Assembly: GCA_964534375.1 (NCBI GenBank)
Contig: CAZHPN010000069.1
Coordinates: 1 to 27,532 of the forward strand
Direction: 5' to 3'
DNA length: 27,532 nt
DNA from: an uncultured bacterium
GTDB taxonomy: Bacteria; Lernaellota; Lernaellaia; Lernaellales; Lernaellaceae
The position numbers and the translations under genes were made by a program. Below, one piece after another: positions 25,662-27,532 of this stretch; position 1 is the stretch's first letter; the number at the start of each line of letters is the position of its first letter. The notes below the pieces were generated by a model that saw only the letters and a list, made by a program, of their open reading frames with translations, did no database searches and was not told the DNA's origin.

Positions 25662-26587
25662 TGCCCGCGCATTTGCCGGCGCTGGCGGATGAAACGATCG
25701 AAATTCTCTCGTTGCGGCCGGGCGGAATTGTTGTCGACGCGACTTGCGGCGCGGGCGGACACACGGAGCGAATGGCGAAAGCGGTCGGCGAAAGCGGCAC
25801 GGTGATCGCGCTCGATCAGGATGAAGCGGCGTTGGCGCTGGCGCGGGAACGGCTCGGCGAGGCGCCGCAGCTTCGTTTCGTCCAGGCGAATTTTCGCAAT
25901 TTGCCGGCGGTGTTGCGTGCTTTCCCCATCGACCGGGTCGACGCGATTTGCGCCGATCTCGGGATGGGCAGCTTCCAGATCGACGCCCCCGAGCGCGGCT
26001 TTTCGTTCCGGGGCGAAGACGAACTCGACATGCGGATGGATCGGCGAAAAGGGCCGACCGCCGCGCAGCTGCTGCGGACGCTGCCGGAGGACGAACTGGG
26101 CCGCATCTTGCGCAATTGGGGCGAAGAGCCACGCTGGCGGCGCATCGCCCGCGCGATCGTCGCCCATCGCGAGGCCGACGGCGCGTTTACGGGCGTCGCG
26201 TTGCGCGAGGTCGTTCACCGGGCCGTCGGCGCGGCGCGGCGGCGCGGCGTGGATTCGGCGACGCTGGCGTTTCAGGCCATGCGGATCGCGGTCAACGACG
26301 AACTGGGCGCGTTGGTCCAGTTCCTGCCCGCGGCGATCGAGGCTCTGCGCCCGGGCGGCCGGCTGGCGGTGATTTCGTATCACAGCCTGGAGGACCGGGA
26401 AGTGAAGAGTTTCCTGCGCGCCGAGGCCAAAGGCTGCATCTGTCCGCCGGAGTTGCCGCGGTGCGTGTGCGGCCGGCTGCCGCGGCTGCGCGTCCTGACG
26501 CGCAAGCCGATCGCGCCCGGCGAGGCGGAAGTGCGGCGCAACCCGCGGGCGCGCAGCGCGCATTTGCGGGCGGCGGAACGAATCTGA
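25661..26587 (+). CDS. rsmH: 16S rRNA C1402 N4-methyltransferase RsmH (MraW), 308 aa
   Basis: DATCGAGGH, DLG..S.QID..ERGFSF, LDMRMD, FQAMRIAVNDEL, ISYHSLEDR, NPRARSA; ATG overlaps the mraZ TGA. Confidence 0.97.
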   Translation: MPAHLPALADETIEILSLRPGGIVVDATCGAGGHTERMAKAVGESGTVIALDQDEAALALARERLGEAPQLRFVQANFRNLPAVLRAFPIDRVDAICADLGMGSFQIDAPERGFSFRGEDELDMRMDRRKGPTAAQLLRTLPEDELGRILRNWGEEPRWRRIARAIVAHREADGAFTGVALREVVHRAVGAARRRGVDSATLAFQAMRIAVNDELGALVQFLPAAIEALRPGGRLAVISYHSLEDREVKSFLRAEAKGCICPPELPRCVCGRLPRLRVLTRKPIAPGEAEVRRNPRARSAHLRAAERI

Positions 26588-26615
26588 AAAGAATCGGCGA
26601 CGAAGGGCGACAGCG

Positions 26616-26990
26616 ATGGCGGAACTGGTTCTCTCGCGGACGCGGGCCGCTCGCCGGAAGCGGCCTGGCGGCGGGCAACTCCGTCGCTCGGCGCTCGCGG
26701 CCTTGGACACGTGGCTGGGCTGGAGCGGCGTGTTCGTCGCGGTCGGCGCACTGGTCATGGCGGTTTGTTACGTGGTGTCGTTGATTCACGTGCGCAGCGA
26801 GGTGGTGCAGCTCGGGCGGCAGATTTCCGTGTTGAACGAGCAGGCCCACGCGTTGGAAACGGACGTCGAGGAGGTTCGCTTGCGCTGGCAGGAACTCGAC
26901 AATCCGAAACGGCTCGAGAAGATCGCGGCGACGCTCAAGCTGGCGAAGCCCAAAACCGAACAGTTGGTGGTGTTGGGTGAATCTCGCTGA
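26616..26990 (+). CDS. ftsL: Cell division protein FtsL, 124 aa
   Basis: Basic N-terminus, one TM helix, coiled coil, LDNPKRLEKIA; lies between rsmH and ftsI. Confidence 0.85.
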   Translation: MAELVLSRTRAARRKRPGGGQLRRSALAALDTWLGWSGVFVAVGALVMAVCYVVSLIHVRSEVVQLGRQISVLNEQAHALETDVEEVRLRWQELDNPKRLEKIAATLKLAKPKTEQLVVLGESR

Positions 26991-27532
26991 CCGAAAAATT
27001 CACTACCTGAACCGGCGTCCGCGCACGCGGTTCGAAGCGCGCCCGTGGAACCGGTCCGCCCGCCCCACGCAGACGTTCCATCTCGAGGAAACGCGCCAGG
27101 TCCGCGTCGGCCTGCTGCTGATCTTTTTCATTCTCGGGTTTGCGGTCCTGGCCGTCCGCGCCTTTCAAATCACGATTCTCAAGCACGCGGAACTGACCCG
27201 CGAGGCGGAAAACAACTATCGCGCCGCGTTCGGCCTGACCAAGCCGCGCGGCGAAATGCTGGACTGCAACGGCGAGCGGCTGGCGATCACCGTCGAACTC
27301 GATTCCGTTGACGCCGACCCGAAAATCGCCGCGGCCTGCCCGGTCTTCGAAGAGGGCGTCGCGGCTATCGCCAAGGCGCTGTCGCTCGACCCGGGCGCCG
27401 TGCGCGCCGGCGAAACTTTGACCGAGGCTGACGCCCATCAGGACTGTCTCGATTACCTGATGCTGGACTCGGGCGCGAAAGGACCCCCGTATGCGGGCGC
27501 GACCGGCGAGACTCACGACTGGTCGGTCAGCC
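26977..27532 (+). CDS. ftsI: Penicillin-binding protein FtsI/PBP3, 5' part (runs off the window; absent from the ORF track)
   Basis: Open frame from GTG 26977: TM VGLLLIFFILGFAVLAVRAFQI, then PRGEMLDCNGERLA (RGxIxDRNG-like) and SVDADP; position after ftsL; start codon uncertain. Confidence 0.82.
   Translation, partial: MNLADRKIHYLNRRPRTRFEARPWNRSARPTQTFHLEETRQVRVGLLLIFFILGFAVLAVRAFQITILKHAELTREAENNYRAAFGLTKPRGEMLDCNGERLAITVELDSVDADPKIAAACPVFEEGVAAIAKALSLDPGAVRAGETLTEADAHQDCLDYLMLDSGAKGPPYAGATGETHDWSVS

Overview
High-GC bacterial chromosomal DNA whose gene set looks deltaproteobacterial (inference from gene content only). Left, minus strand: an apparent operon of hot-dog thioesterase, secreted AttH/lipocalin-like protein, long-form RtcB RNA ligase and a lipoprotein, with short palindromic and heptamer repeats nearby. 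Centre, minus strand: a type IV pilus accessory locus of GT-C-type membrane glycosyltransferase, pilD, HAMP histidine kinase and sigma54 response regulator, then a sigma54-promoter-driven minor-pilin operon fimT/U, pilV, pilX-like (872 aa) and pilW-like (2125 aa). The standout is the PilW-like pilin. Its normal pilin domain ends at about residue 357 and is followed by about 1770 aa of FN3-like, Cys-rich, putative lectin-like and Pro-rich sequence, in an operon that has no pilY1 and ends at a terminator, so it is a candidate pilin-adhesin fusion replacing PilY1. The promoter architecture (two palindromic enhancer-like sites, an IHF-like site and the -24/-12 box) is readable in the sequence. Right, plus strand: SAM methyltransferase, lipoprotein, membrane Ser/Thr kinase, Nudix hydrolase, a candidate structured RNA, and the start of the dcw cluster (mraZ, rsmH, ftsL, truncated ftsI). 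All calls come from manual motif reading; no searches were run.
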